A stretch of DNA of 64,000 bases from Candidatus Latescibacterota bacterium. Its GTDB lineage: Bacteria; Latescibacterota; UBA2968; UBA8231. Position 1 is the stretch's first letter. Every line of letters starts with the position of its first letter. Below are positions 18,781 through 29,729 of the stretch, piece after piece. A program made the translations under genes and the position numbers. The stretch spans positions 3,680,001 through 3,744,000 of the forward strand of contig OZ242214.1 in NCBI GenBank assembly GCA_965206595.1, given 5' to 3'. The notes beneath the pieces were generated by a model. The model saw only the letters and a program-made list of their open reading frames with translations. It made no database searches and was not told where the DNA came from.

Positions 18781-20460
18781 GTGAAATTATTAAGCGGCTG
18801 TTTTACCCTGTCAGTATTCGCGTTTAGCGGATGCGGCGAACCGCCGGATGCCATCGTTGCCGATGTGGGTGAGGAAGCCATCAGGGCGTCCTCTCTTCTC
18901 GACTTGGTGGCCGCTCTGCTGCCCGGACAGCGGACGGATAAAACCGGGGACGAGGCCCGGCGGCACTATCTGCAGATTCTGGTAGACGGTCGCCTGCTCA
19001 TTCTGGAGGCAAGCAATCGCGGGATCGACACGACACAGCCCGTGGAGAAGGCGGTGAGAGAAGCGGTCGACGAAAAGGTTCGCGCCCTGTACCGTTCGAA
19101 AATGCCGGCCGGAGCCCCGGTAACCGAGGCAGAGATGCGCCAATTTTTCGAGCGCGAGGAATTCGACAGGGAGCGGAACCTGAGCAGGATCGTGGCGCGG
19201 GACCGCGCAAGCATGGACAGGTTGGTCGAGAAGCTCAAGTCCGGAGAGCCTTTCGAGGAGGTCGCCCGGTTCCATTCCATCGACCGACAGGCGGCGCAGC
19301 AGGGGGGGGAGCTGGGATACGTCACGCGCCCCGCGCTTGACATGCACCCCGTCCTGGCCAGGCTGCAAATTCCACCCGACCTGTTCCAGTCGCTGGCCGA
19401 AGGCGAGGTGTCCGTGCCGGTACCGACTACCGGGGGAGCCTGGCAGGTGGTTCGCTTCACGGATAGCAGGCCCGCCGAGTTCGAGAAATACGCAGGGTTG
19501 ATCAAAAAGCAAATGAGTAAACAGCGGCGATTTTGGGCCTACGAGGAACACCTGGAGGTGCTCGAAAACACTTACCGTGTGCGCCTGGACTGGACCGGTC
19601 TGACGGAACTGACAAAGGCCTTCCCTGCGCGAAATTCCGGCGCCCTGGCGGCCAGTTCCACTCCCTTGTACCACTACGATCGAGGCAGGGTCACCGTGGC
19701 CGAGGCCAATGAGGCTCTGCGGGCTTCCAACCTCAGGCGGGCCTTCGCTGACACCGCAGAAGCCGGGCAGGTGATTCGAACCTATGTAATGGGTCCGCGC
19801 CTCATCGAGCTTGCGGCGAGGGATGAGGGGCTGTATGAAACCACGGACATCCGCAAGTTCCGAAAGCAGAAGCGGGAAGCGCTACTGGCCGAACATATAA
19901 GGAGCCATGCCATAGCGGACATCGAGGTAACCGAGGAGGAAGTCCGGCAGTACTACAACGCCAACCCCGAACTGTTCCTCGACGAGGGATATGCTCATGT
20001 AGAGGAATTGCTGCTGTCGTCCAAAGCCGCAGCCGCGAAAATTCGAGCCCGGATCGCGTCAGGAGAAACATTCACCGATCTTGCAGCCCACAGCCTGCGC
20101 CCCGACCCGCATGGCGACGCCAAGTTTCACCTCCACCCGAAACACAGGCGGGTCTATCCCAAGTTATGGACCGCCATCGAGGCAGCGACCGACGGCGAGT
20201 TGACGGGGCCTGTCGAGGTAAGTGGCGGATACACCCTTTTCCGTGTGCTGGAGCGAGTGCCCGAAAGCAAGCAGCCGTATGCCCAGGCGCACCCCAGAGC
20301 GCGCGCCCTGCAGCTGCGGCTGCGGCAGGGCGAAGAGTTTGAGGGGCTGATCTCCCGGCTGCGGGAGAAGTACAGGGCCCAGGTGGTGGTGCATGAGGAA
20401 AAGTTGACCGAGGCGCTGCCGGACAGCTTGCTTCAGGTTTGGTCGGGGAATGGGCAGTAG
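18781..20460 (+). CDS. PpiC/SurA/PrsA-type peptidyl-prolyl isomerase lipoprotein (two rotamase domains)
   Basis: Lipobox FSGC; GEPFEEVARFHSID...GGELGY and VTEEEVRQYY...GETFTDLA...GPVE. GTG start at 18781 is in frame. Confidence 0.85.
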   Translation: MKLLSGCFTLSVFAFSGCGEPPDAIVADVGEEAIRASSLLDLVAALLPGQRTDKTGDEARRHYLQILVDGRLLILEASNRGIDTTQPVEKAVREAVDEKVRALYRSKMPAGAPVTEAEMRQFFEREEFDRERNLSRIVARDRASMDRLVEKLKSGEPFEEVARFHSIDRQAAQQGGELGYVTRPALDMHPVLARLQIPPDLFQSLAEGEVSVPVPTTGGAWQVVRFTDSRPAEFEKYAGLIKKQMSKQRRFWAYEEHLEVLENTYRVRLDWTGLTELTKAFPARNSGALAASSTPLYHYDRGRVTVAEANEALRASNLRRAFADTAEAGQVIRTYVMGPRLIELAARDEGLYETTDIRKFRKQKREALLAEHIRSHAIADIEVTEEEVRQYYNANPELFLDEGYAHVEELLLSSKAAAAKIRARIASGETFTDLAAHSLRPDPHGDAKFHLHPKHRRVYPKLWTAIEAATDGELTGPVEVSGGYTLFRVLERVPESKQPYAQAHPRARALQLRLRQGEEFEGLISRLREKYRAQVVVHEEKLTEALPDSLLQVWSGNGQ

Positions 20461-20699
20461 TGCCGTGTACATTGGACCAATCCTCCGCAAGGGTTCTCAG
20501 CCGAGCGCACCCGAACCGGCCGCCGCACCTGTGGCCAAGACCATTTCGGCGCCTACGGCGGGGGGCTATTTCAATTAGATTGGCGGCGGGAGGGTTCAGG
20601 ACAATCAGCGGCAAACAGCCAAACAGGTGGCCGCCGGCCAATTCAACCGAGTTGGGGCGGCGGCGCCCTGGCGAACCCCGAGGAAGGCCGAACGAGAAC

Positions 20700-21305
20700 G
20701 CACCCGCAGGATTTGTTTTTCGCGAGATTGTGGCCAATCCCGTGGTGATTCAGGTCACCACCGCACTCTTGGACGAGGGAATCTTCAACAGCTTTTACAA
20801 CGGAAACACCAATTGTCCCGGCAGCGGCACCCAGCCGTTGCACCGGGACGGACCCCATCTACGGCCGGGTCACGAGCCCCACCCGACCGCGTGCGTGGAG
20901 GTGAGTATCTCTCCGCTCGATGTGACGGAAGAGAACGGGGCAGTGGAGCTGTGGCCGGGCACGCATCTGCACAGCTTCCCGGAAACCGTGATCGACAAGG
21001 AAACCGAAAAGGCGCAAAGAGAGGTTTCTCCCCCGGTAAGCGGGTGCGCGAAAAAGGGAAGCGTGCTCATCCGGGAGGTGCGGCTCTGGCATAGAGGGGC
21101 TCCGAATCGCTCGGGTCGGCCCGCGGCATACGATTGCCTGGTCCACTGCATCTCCTGGTACCGGAATCGCGGACCGCTGATGTTCAATACCGGTTGTGAA
21201 GATGCCTTTCCCGATGATTGCGGTTTGAATCACACAGCGGAATTCACCGAGGATTCGATCGACTTTCTGTTTCGGAATCGGGCTGAAAGTGGAAAGAAAA
21301 GATGA
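20700..21305 (+). pseudogene. Phytanoyl-CoA dioxygenase (PhyH) family, N-terminus missing or scrambled
   Basis: IVANP...NTNCPGSGTQPLHRD, EENGAVELWPGTH, KGSVLIR...WHRG. The ORF segment upstream of ~20700 has no family-like sequence; compensating indels near 21120-21140. Confidence 0.7.
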
Positions 21306-21352
21306 AGGGTTGAGGGAGGAAGGCGATGGACTCACAGGATGGGAACTGAACG

Positions 21353-22183
21353 ATGACGGCTCCAAATGGGTGGATTCCCGCCGAGGGCAGTCTGACTGGG
21401 ATTTCGGAAAAATTCCCGCGGCCTCTCGAGGCGCTGGTGGCGGGCGAAACACCTGGAATCGTACTGCGCGAGGCCTTCGATCCCGATCACTGCGCCGGCC
21501 TCGTGAAGCGGCTCTACCAACGCGGCCTGGCATACGACCCCCGTCCTGCCGGGGACGGAGGGCGCCCCGTTTACGTCGGTCCCCATCTGGCCGGGCTGAA
21601 TGCCGACCCGGAGGAGTTCTTCGCCCGCGCCGCCGACACTCACCGGCTGTTCAAGAGCCTGTTCAACGGGTACGACGATCCGGTGAAGACCTTTTACGAT
21701 GCCCTGTCAGGCCTGGCGCCCGACAAGCGGGTGATGACCGCCCGCGAGCCGGATGGACGCCTCTACGGACCGGCGGTCTTCCGCATTTACTATTCCGGCG
21801 CCGGACACGGACCGCACTTCGACTCCGTGGCAAAGCGGCAGAAGTTGTACGACTACCAGGTGTCGAGGTTCCGGAACCAGTTGGCCGGGGTGATGTGCTT
21901 TCAGAACTCCGGGCAGGAAGGGGAGTGCGGAGAGCCTTTCCTCTACAACTGCCCCTGGACTCCCGCGGTGCAGAGATACATAACTGATGGCACGTTCGGG
22001 AAGTACGCCGCGGAGCGGGAAATCCCCCGGGTTCAGATCCAGCTCGAGCCGGGCGACCTGTACTTCTTCTTCTCCGAAAACATCCACGAAGTACCTCCGG
22101 TCACGGGGGAGAGGCCGCGTATCGTGCTTGCGGCTTTCTTCGGCATGTCCCCCGACGACGAGGAGATTTTCGTCTGGTCGTAA
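21353..22183 (+). CDS. 2OG-Fe(II) oxygenase-like protein
   Basis: HFD (HxD) ... GDLYFF...HEV...R facial-triad pattern. Confidence 0.7.
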   Translation: MTAPNGWIPAEGSLTGISEKFPRPLEALVAGETPGIVLREAFDPDHCAGLVKRLYQRGLAYDPRPAGDGGRPVYVGPHLAGLNADPEEFFARAADTHRLFKSLFNGYDDPVKTFYDALSGLAPDKRVMTAREPDGRLYGPAVFRIYYSGAGHGPHFDSVAKRQKLYDYQVSRFRNQLAGVMCFQNSGQEGECGEPFLYNCPWTPAVQRYITDGTFGKYAAEREIPRVQIQLEPGDLYFFFSENIHEVPPVTGERPRIVLAAFFGMSPDDEEIFVWS

Positions 22184-22237
22184 TGATGCAGTTGCCGCGT
22201 GCCCAAGGCGGAACGCGCGCACCGAAAGGAACGACAA

Positions 22238-23335
22238 ATGAAAATTGCGAAAGTCGAAACGTTCCAGATCGAAACCCCGCGCCATTACCAGGAACACCCG
22301 GTCAAAACTGGGGAATCGACCGGCCACGTCATTGTCAAGCTCCACGTCGACGACGGGCTCGTAGGACTGGGGGAGGCGCCGGACAGCCGGGCCGACGACC
22401 TGGGCGCCATTGCAGTGCGTTACAACGACCTGCTGGTCGGACGCGACGCCACCCGTATTACCGAAATCAACGAATTCCTGAGGACGCAGGACTTTGCCAG
22501 CACGGTGAGCAACCCGCACCTGACCGCGGCCATCGACCTGGCGCTCTACGACCTCAACGGCAAACTGCAGGGGGTGCCGGCCTATCATTTACTGGGCGGA
22601 AAAATGCGGGAGAATGTGTACTTCTGTTATCCGATCATCGGGGAACACCTGCAGGGAGGTTTCGAGCGGAACGCCAGCTACCTGCAGCGGCTGGTCGATC
22701 TGGGGCACCACCTGTTTCGCTACTACATCTCGGGCGACAGCGATCTGGACGACCGTTTTTTAAGCGAGATGAAAGCACGCTTCGGTGAGAAAATCCGCCT
22801 CAAAGCCATCGATTTCAGCGGGAGTTTCCCGGATTGGGAGACCGCCCTGCGCTACGCCGATGCCCTGCGTCATCACGATCCGTACAACTTCGAGCAGCCG
22901 TCGAACGACCTGCGGGTGTGCGCCGATTTCGTCAAGCGGGTGGACGTGCCGGTGAGTCAGCATATCCGCAGCCTGGAAGAAGGCTACGAGGCGATCCAGC
23001 GGGGAGCCTGCACCGTCCTCAACCTGGCGTGGATCTGGTGGGGGCCGACCTACGTCCGCCGCATGTTCGCGCTGGCGGAAGCCGCTGGTTTCAAGACCTT
23101 CCTTTCCACCGATCAGGATTCGACCGTCGGGACGGCTGGGGCCGTTCACCTCGGGGTTTCGGTTCCCAACCTCGACCTTCCCTCGGATCCGGCCGGCCCC
23201 CTGCTGTATACGGTTTCGCCTGCCAGGGAGCGGATCCGCACCGAGAACAGCCACCTGTATCCGCCGCAAGGCCCCGGGCTGGGGGTCGAGCTGGACGAGG
23301 ACAGGATGAGAGAGCTGACGGTGGCCTCAGCGTGA
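22238..23335 (+). CDS. Mandelate racemase/muconate lactonizing (enolase superfamily) enzyme
   Basis: MKIAKVE, GLGEA, AIDLALYDLNGKLQGVPAYHLLGG, FEQP, GPGLGVELD; AAGGA RBS. Confidence 0.9.
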   Translation: MKIAKVETFQIETPRHYQEHPVKTGESTGHVIVKLHVDDGLVGLGEAPDSRADDLGAIAVRYNDLLVGRDATRITEINEFLRTQDFASTVSNPHLTAAIDLALYDLNGKLQGVPAYHLLGGKMRENVYFCYPIIGEHLQGGFERNASYLQRLVDLGHHLFRYYISGDSDLDDRFLSEMKARFGEKIRLKAIDFSGSFPDWETALRYADALRHHDPYNFEQPSNDLRVCADFVKRVDVPVSQHIRSLEEGYEAIQRGACTVLNLAWIWWGPTYVRRMFALAEAAGFKTFLSTDQDSTVGTAGAVHLGVSVPNLDLPSDPAGPLLYTVSPARERIRTENSHLYPPQGPGLGVELDEDRMRELTVASA

Positions 23336-23432
23336 CCAGGCGTACGTTTTGGTCACTGCCATGCCGCCGGGTACGGAAAGATTCCGGAAGTGAGAGTCGG
23401 CCGGTAGTTATTTACCAGGAAGGTTCGGGACG

Positions 23433-24329
23433 ATGGTAAAGCTGGCTCGAGGTATCTGGCCGGCGCTCTGCACGGCGTTCGACGACCGTGGAGAGCGCGT
23501 CGACGGCGATCGTCAAAGGGCCCTGGTCAGGGCGCTGATCGACACCGGGATCCAGGGATTCTTCGTCTGCGGTGGAACCGGCGAGGGCAGGGCGATGTCC
23601 TTGCCGGAGCGCCAGGAGGTGGCCGAGGTCGTCGCCCGTGAAGTGGCCGGCGAGGTGAGAATCATCCTGCAGGCAGGCGGCACGTCCACGGATAACGCCG
23701 TCGAGCTGGCGCGGCACGCCGCGCGCCTTAAGGGAGTCGATGCGGTCGCCTCGGTGGCGCCTGTGGATGCTCCAAACGACCTCGGCGCCGCGGTCTCCCA
23801 CTACGCCGCCGTCGGGGCCGCGACCGACCTGCCGTTCTACGTGTATTGGCTGAAGCACGAGGCCGATACCAGGGCCACGGCCGATAACTTTCTCGAAGCA
23901 ATGCAGGAAGTCCCGAACTTCGCGGGGGTGAAGTTCACCGACCACAACCTCTATCTCTTCGGACAGCTCATCGACCGCTCAGGCGGCGGTATAAACGCCG
24001 TTTCCGGGCCGGATGAAATGGCCTTGCCGGCGATGGTAATGGGCGCGGACGCCGCCATCGGAACCACCTACAACGTCATGCCGGAGATTTTTCTGCAAAT
24101 GCGCCGCGCTTTCGATTCAGGCGATCTGGCCGCCGCCCGGTGCTGCCAGGTGCAGGCTAATCGCGTTATCCGACTGCTGCTCGAAGTCGGTGCGCTGCCG
24201 GGAGTAAAGCAGATGCTCGCGGACCGCGGCACCCCGGTGGGACCGACGCGGATCGTCCCGCCGCTCGACGGCGCCGCGAAGATCGCGCTGCGTGCCGGTC
24301 TCGAGCAGCTGGACATCGACATTCGCTGA
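23433..24329 (+). CDS. DHDPS/N-acetylneuraminate lyase-family class I aldolase
   Basis: CGGTGEG, Schiff-base GVKFTD, GPDE and AIGTTYN (NanA-like pattern). Confidence 0.88.
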   Translation: MVKLARGIWPALCTAFDDRGERVDGDRQRALVRALIDTGIQGFFVCGGTGEGRAMSLPERQEVAEVVAREVAGEVRIILQAGGTSTDNAVELARHAARLKGVDAVASVAPVDAPNDLGAAVSHYAAVGAATDLPFYVYWLKHEADTRATADNFLEAMQEVPNFAGVKFTDHNLYLFGQLIDRSGGGINAVSGPDEMALPAMVMGADAAIGTTYNVMPEIFLQMRRAFDSGDLAAARCCQVQANRVIRLLLEVGALPGVKQMLADRGTPVGPTRIVPPLDGAAKIALRAGLEQLDIDIR

Positions 24330-24482
24330 ACCACGCAGGGGCCGCTGACGGTGGCGACTCGAGGTTCTGCCTGTCGACGGAACACCCCTGACAACCCGAT
24401 CTTCAGAAATGCTCGAACTGTCGGACGCAACCGAGATCGAGGGAGAAACGAGAGCAGTGGAACTTCGAACTGGAGGGAAAAA

Positions 24483-26423
24483 ATGGCGGATGCAGGCTCT
24501 TCAAGGCAGGTGACTGTCCCCGGGGTGGTCGAGGTCGTAGCGACGCAGGTTTCCCCTCCTCCGGGATGGGCGCTCCTGGAACGCCGGTTGATGGCACTCA
24601 TGGAGAAAGCCGTTCGGCCCATGGTCGACAAGTACGCGGAAAAGGGCGGTGCCTTCTACTTCGCCGACGATGTGGACGACCTCTACGAACGGGTATACAA
24701 CTGGGGCCTGTTCTACGCCATGGGGGCAGATAGACAGGTGCTCGACCTGGCGCTCCAGCAGTGGAATGCAACCACCCGTTTCTTCGCCGACGATATCGTC
24801 AGCAGGGTGCACCCCCGCTTCAGTCCCCAGATTCACAACGAGTACTACAACCAGGGTTCTCCCGGCGCCAACGAGTGGCACCACCAGGGCGAGGGCAACA
24901 TGGCCTTCTACTATTTCGGCCTGGCCGACCCCACCATCTCGGAGAACGTGCGCCGCTCCAGGCGGTTTGCCGCGATGTTCCTCAACGAAGATCCGGAGGC
25001 CCCCAACTACGATCCCCGGCACAAGATCTTCCGCAGCCCCATGCAGACCAGCGTCGGCCCCATGCGCCACGCCAGTGTCGATAATGCGATCATGTGGCTT
25101 CAGGGGGGAATAGCGAGCATCGGGGAGATATCCCGCTATTACGGCGTGCGGGCCACCCTGTATCCGGCGGTGGAAAACCTGGAACCGGACTGGTTCGAAA
25201 CCCCCGAACGCAGGGACGAGATTCTGAAGCTGTTCGACGATATCGTCCTCAACGGCGACGTGGCCAACAGCCTGGGTGCCACCGCCCTCGTCACCAACGC
25301 CTACCTGTACACCGGCGAGGACAAGTACAGGCAGTGGGTGCTGGAGTATACGGAAGCCTGGATGGAACGGATGCGGCGCAACGGCGGCATCATGCCCGAC
25401 AACGTCGGACCGACGGGCAGGATCGGCGAAAACCGCCGGGGCCAGTGGTGGGGCGGGCTCTACGGCTGGAACAGCTTCGTCGGCTACAACATCATGTTCA
25501 ACTCGCTGACCATCGCGGCCGAATGCGCCGTCCTGTTAACCGGCGACTTCGGCTACCTGGAGCTGCTGCGCTCGCAGATCAGGATCCTCATGGAGAATGC
25601 CGTCACGCGGGAGGACGGCCAGCTCCTGCTTCCGGCCCGCTACGGTCCCGGCGGCTGGGAGTACGCCCTGGGAGACCCCGGCAAGCGGCCGCCGGCTCCG
25701 TTCCGCATGCAGGAACTCGCCCACCTGTACCACATATCCATGGCGGCCGAGGACTACGACCTCATCGCCAGAATCCGGGAGACCGACAAAGAGCGCGATT
25801 GGAATCACGTGCCTGTCGTCGGAGAAAAGAACTACGGCGACACCGAACTTGCCCGCTTCCAGTACTACGACGGCAAGAACCCCGACTGGCCCACCAGGAT
25901 CCTGCAGGCCGAGTACGAGAACGCCCAGACCGCTTTCGAGTCGATCCGGAACGAAACCCGCGATGCCCGGGCCCTGATCGCCGACAACTACTGTCCTCCC
26001 AATCCGGTCTACACCAAGGGGTTGACGCAGGTGACCATGGGGGCGCCGCACTCCGTGTACACCGGCGGCCTCTTGCGCGCGACCCTGCGCTACTTCGATT
26101 CGGACCGCGCCCGTCCCGGACTGCCGCCCGACGTCGCCGCCCTGGTCGACAAGCTGGGGGCTGGGAATGCAGGGGTTCATCTGGTCAACTTGAACACCAG
26201 CGAGACGCGAAACCTCATCGTGCAGGCCGGGGCCTTCGCCGAGCACCGGTTCGTCGAACTGACCTGTGGGGATCGGACCATCCCGGTGGAGTCGAAATAC
26301 TTCGCGGTCCGGCTTCCGCCTGCTGCATCCATCCGCCTGGACATGGTCATGCGCCGCTTTGTACACCGACCCACCTACGCCTTTCCCTGGCACGGGGAGG
26401 AGATCCCGGTGCCCTACCACTGA
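24483..26423 (+). CDS. Conserved hypothetical protein (Trp/Tyr-rich, possibly an alpha/alpha-barrel enzyme)
   Basis: 646-aa open frame with strong GC3 bias; motifs DDLYE..YNWGLFY, HHQGEG, PDNVGPTG...WWGGLYGW, RPGLPPDVAALV; GGAGG RBS. Confidence 0.75.
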   Translation: MADAGSSRQVTVPGVVEVVATQVSPPPGWALLERRLMALMEKAVRPMVDKYAEKGGAFYFADDVDDLYERVYNWGLFYAMGADRQVLDLALQQWNATTRFFADDIVSRVHPRFSPQIHNEYYNQGSPGANEWHHQGEGNMAFYYFGLADPTISENVRRSRRFAAMFLNEDPEAPNYDPRHKIFRSPMQTSVGPMRHASVDNAIMWLQGGIASIGEISRYYGVRATLYPAVENLEPDWFETPERRDEILKLFDDIVLNGDVANSLGATALVTNAYLYTGEDKYRQWVLEYTEAWMERMRRNGGIMPDNVGPTGRIGENRRGQWWGGLYGWNSFVGYNIMFNSLTIAAECAVLLTGDFGYLELLRSQIRILMENAVTREDGQLLLPARYGPGGWEYALGDPGKRPPAPFRMQELAHLYHISMAAEDYDLIARIRETDKERDWNHVPVVGEKNYGDTELARFQYYDGKNPDWPTRILQAEYENAQTAFESIRNETRDARALIADNYCPPNPVYTKGLTQVTMGAPHSVYTGGLLRATLRYFDSDRARPGLPPDVAALVDKLGAGNAGVHLVNLNTSETRNLIVQAGAFAEHRFVELTCGDRTIPVESKYFAVRLPPAASIRLDMVMRRFVHRPTYAFPWHGEEIPVPYH

Positions 26424-26588
26424 CCGAAAGACAATGATGACGCCGGCGCGAAAGCTGGCGTCGGGTTTGTGCCAGGCGAGTCCATTCCCAACAGAAGTGA
26501 TCCGAGGCTATATGCAAACATCCTGGAAGGCCATCATGTCACGACGAGGCCGGGAAATCCCGGGGCGCGGCTTGGACGGTGAAAATCC

Positions 26589-28186
26589 GTGAGCCCCTCA
26601 GGAGAGCTCGAGCACTATACCTCCTCCGTCGACGGCGAGCCGATTCCGTATGCCGTCTGCGCTACCAGCGCATCCGACGAACCCAAACCACTCATCCTCG
26701 AGGTCAGCCCCGGCGCCATCAGAGATCTCGACGGTAGCCTCCGTCTGACCGAAGAGATCGCCGGGATTGCCGCGAGGAACGGGCGCGACTGCGTCGTCCT
26801 GCGTCCCACCGGACGCGGACCGGGTTCCCTCTACCAGAACTACGGCGAAGTCGACGTGCTCGAAGCGATCGAAGCGGTGGCGAGGCGCTACGCCATCGAT
26901 CGCGATCGCATCACCATCACCGGCGCCTCGATGGGTGGCGCCGCCACGTGGTACCTGATTTCCCACTACCCCGATCTCTTCGCCGCCGCCGCCCCTTTCT
27001 GCGGCTACTGCGACTACCGCCTATGGGAAAAACCGGGGGGGCTCACCTTTCCCATGCACGACTGGGAGGAGCCTTCCTGGCGGGCCCGGTCGGCGGCCTT
27101 CCTGGTCGAGAACCTGCGCCATACGCCGGTCTGGATCGTGCACGGCGAGTGGGACCGCGGCGTGGGTGGCGGGGTACCGGTAGCGCATTCCCGGCAGATG
27201 GCGGAACGACTCGACGCGCTGGGCTTCGAGTTCATATACACCGAGGTGCCGGCGACCGGCCACGGCTGCCGTCTCGATGATATCTGGGAGCAAGTGATCC
27301 TGTGGTTGCTCGCCCGGCGCAAGAAGCGCCATCCCGGCATCGTTTCCCTCGTCACCTGCGATCTGCGGCACAACCGCTCGCACTGGGTGGCCATCGAGCA
27401 GCTGGATCGATACGGGGGCGGTGCGGCTCCGTCGACGCCAGACTGGGCGAAGGGGAGATCGCGGTGAAGGCAGAAGGTGTGCGCACCTTGACGCTGGGTC
27501 CCCTGCCGGGGGACGGCTTTGTGCTGTTTTCGGGCAAGCCCGCGGGAAACCTGCCGGCGGGGGAAACGAGGACCTTTCGACGGGACCCGGACGGCAACTG
27601 GAACCCGATTCTTCCCGACGCTCTCGCGAGGGAAAAACGGCACGGCTGTTCCGGGCCGGTAGGCGACCTGTTCCATGATCCGCTGCTGCTCGTGCCCGGC
27701 ACCGCCGGCACCCAGGAGGAAACCTTCTTCAACAGCTGGGTCGCCTCGGATGCACGCGGCTACTATCGAAGCCGCAACGGCGGCGTCCATCGCGGCGGTA
27801 TAATGGGGGAAAACAGCGTCGACCTGCGCCTAGTCAACGATGTCGATGTCGGCGAGGAATCGATGCGAGCGAACAATCTCCTCCTGTACGGAACGCCCTC
27901 TACCAACCGTCTGCTGGCGCGTTATCGCGACTGCGTGCCGGTGGCTTTTGACCGCAATGAAATCCGCCTGGCCGGCGAATCGTTCAGCGCCAACGGAGTG
28001 GCCGTGTTCGCAATCTTTCCCCACCCGGAGAACTCGAACAGGTGCCTTGCCGTTCATGGCGGCTCGACGCCCGATGCCATCTGCTGGGGCAGCCATCTCG
28101 ACATGCACCTCCTTCCGGATTACCTGGTCTACGCCAGAGGAGAGGTGTTGGAGTGGGGATTCTGGAATAACGAGTGGAAGCGCTGA
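26589..28186 (+). pseudogene. Alpha/beta-hydrolase (prolyl oligopeptidase/esterase-like) with one frameshift
   Basis: GEVDVLEA...IDRDRITITGASMGG nucleophile motif, VHGEWD and GH. The reading frame shifts in a G-run at ~27414-27420 into ORF 27302..28186. May be a sequencing error. Confidence 0.75.
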
Positions 28187-28331
28187 GTCGCCAGGGAATC
28201 TGCGCACAGTGCAAGCGGAATGGATCGGGTCCAGGCCTGGGCCTGGAATTCGACCGAGTCGAAGGCGAGCGCTCGGCTGGCGGGCAAGGCCGCGCGACGC
28301 AGATGGATTACCCGGACAGGCTCCTGGTTGG

Positions 28332-28466
28332 TCAGTGCTCGTTGCGGGCATTCCAGCCCGGGTAGAGCTCCTCCAGTGCGGCCAGGGTCCGGTCCGTGCA
28401 ATTGGGATTGCCCGGCGGCGGGAACCAGAAGATCTCTCGCTCTTCTCTGGTGCAGCGCAATCGCAT
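28332..28466 (-). pseudogene. Remnant C-terminus of a PhyH-like dioxygenase
   Basis: TREEREIFWFPPPGNPNCTDRTLAALEELYPG resembles the FPPPGHPYW...TL...YPG tail of a PhyH subfamily, recalled from memory. Confidence 0.4.
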
Positions 28467-28501
28467 CGGTTCTCTTGCCGGGCCGGACTTCCCCTGTTGC
28501 G

Positions 28502-29599
28502 CTATCCCTTGAACTTGGGGAACAGGGGATGCTCCAGGGCCTCCGTGTAGGTCTGGAATCGTCCCGACCAGTCGCCGCCGAGCCATCGGTATGGGGTCGG
28601 GTAGAGCGTCAGAGAGCGGTCCTCGAGCGGCAGCTTCAGCGGCACGCTGCCCCGGAGGGCCGAGTACTTGGCGGCAATCGCCACTTCGAGTGACTGCCGC
28701 AGGTCGTGTCCGGATACTGCCAGCTCGCCGCCATTGGTCACCACGTCGAGAAACGACAGGATCGAGGTGCCCAGGTAAGAGAACCGGGGATACTGTTCCG
28801 GTGTGTATGCCCGGTCCACCTGGATGCGGGCGCCGCTGCGGTCGAAGCCCCGGTAGATTTCCGGAGTCGCCCAGTTCCAGCGGATCAGCGCGTCGTCGGT
28901 CCATACTTCGACGCCGCGAAAAGGGGTTTCCCATCCGAACACCGGGCACACGAGGCCGTTGCTCAAGCGGAACTGTCCGTTGATGATCAGGCCCTCGTCG
29001 CTGTCGCTTCGCAGAGCTTCTTCCGGAGTGCCCCAGGCGATGACCTCGGTCACCTCGGCCTTGGCGAGGAGCCGCAGCACGGCGATATGCTGGCAGCCCC
29101 CGCCGGAGATCTCGCCGCCCCCCCACCGGTGCACGCTGGCGCCGCGCAGCTCCCCGTAGTCGCCGGCGCGCAGCCATCCGGCGACGTCCTGGAGGTCCGA
29201 TAGCGCCCGCTTGAGGTTGCCTCCGGCAAAGACGACGCCGCGCTCGGCGCACACGTCGACCATCTCGTCGGCATCGGCGAGGCAGGCCTCGATCGGTTTG
29301 TCGGTTGAGACCCCCTTGACCCCCGCCTGGGCGCTGGCGATCACGGCATCCTTTATGTACTTGCCGGGCAGCACGACGGCGGCGATGTCGGGCACGATTT
29401 CCCGGTACATGGCCTCGGCGTCCGGGTAGAGGGCCGCGATGCCGAAGCGTTCCCCGACCGCCCGGCGCCGCTCCGAGTTGCGTTCGGCGATGGCGACCAG
29501 CTCGGTCCCGGGAAGCGTCTGGTAAACCTCGGCGTAGTGCTGGCCGAGACGTCCGCACCCGATGATCGCAACGGTGTACCTGGGTTCAGTCTCGCTCAT
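28502..29599 (-). CDS. Gfo/Idh/MocA oxidoreductase
   Basis: IIGCGRLG Rossmann motif and TDKP (EKP-like); GGAGGAG RBS before ATG 29599. Confidence 0.88.
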   Translation of the reverse strand: MSETEPRYTVAIIGCGRLGQHYAEVYQTLPGTELVAIAERNSERRRAVGERFGIAALYPDAEAMYREIVPDIAAVVLPGKYIKDAVIASAQAGVKGVSTDKPIEACLADADEMVDVCAERGVVFAGGNLKRALSDLQDVAGWLRAGDYGELRGASVHRWGGGEISGGGCQHIAVLRLLAKAEVTEVIAWGTPEEALRSDSDEGLIINGQFRLSNGLVCPVFGWETPFRGVEVWTDDALIRWNWATPEIYRGFDRSGARIQVDRAYTPEQYPRFSYLGTSILSFLDVVTNGGELAVSGHDLRQSLEVAIAAKYSALRGSVPLKLPLEDRSLTLYPTPYRWLGGDWSGRFQTYTEALEHPLFPKFKG

Positions 29600-29729
29600 G
29601 TGTGACTCCTCCTCCTTTGCAAAGAACCGCCTGCCGTACACCGGCTGTGTCCACAGGCTGGTCCCTGTTTCGCTGTGTGCCCGAACCCCCATATCCACCG
29701 AATTGCTCCTCGTCCCCGCATCCCCGGCG

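Noticed and set aside
27410-27425. Programmed ribosomal frameshift in the hydrolase gene (likewise ~41595)
   Set aside because: No canonical slippery heptamer or stimulatory structure is evident; a homopolymer indel is the simpler explanation.
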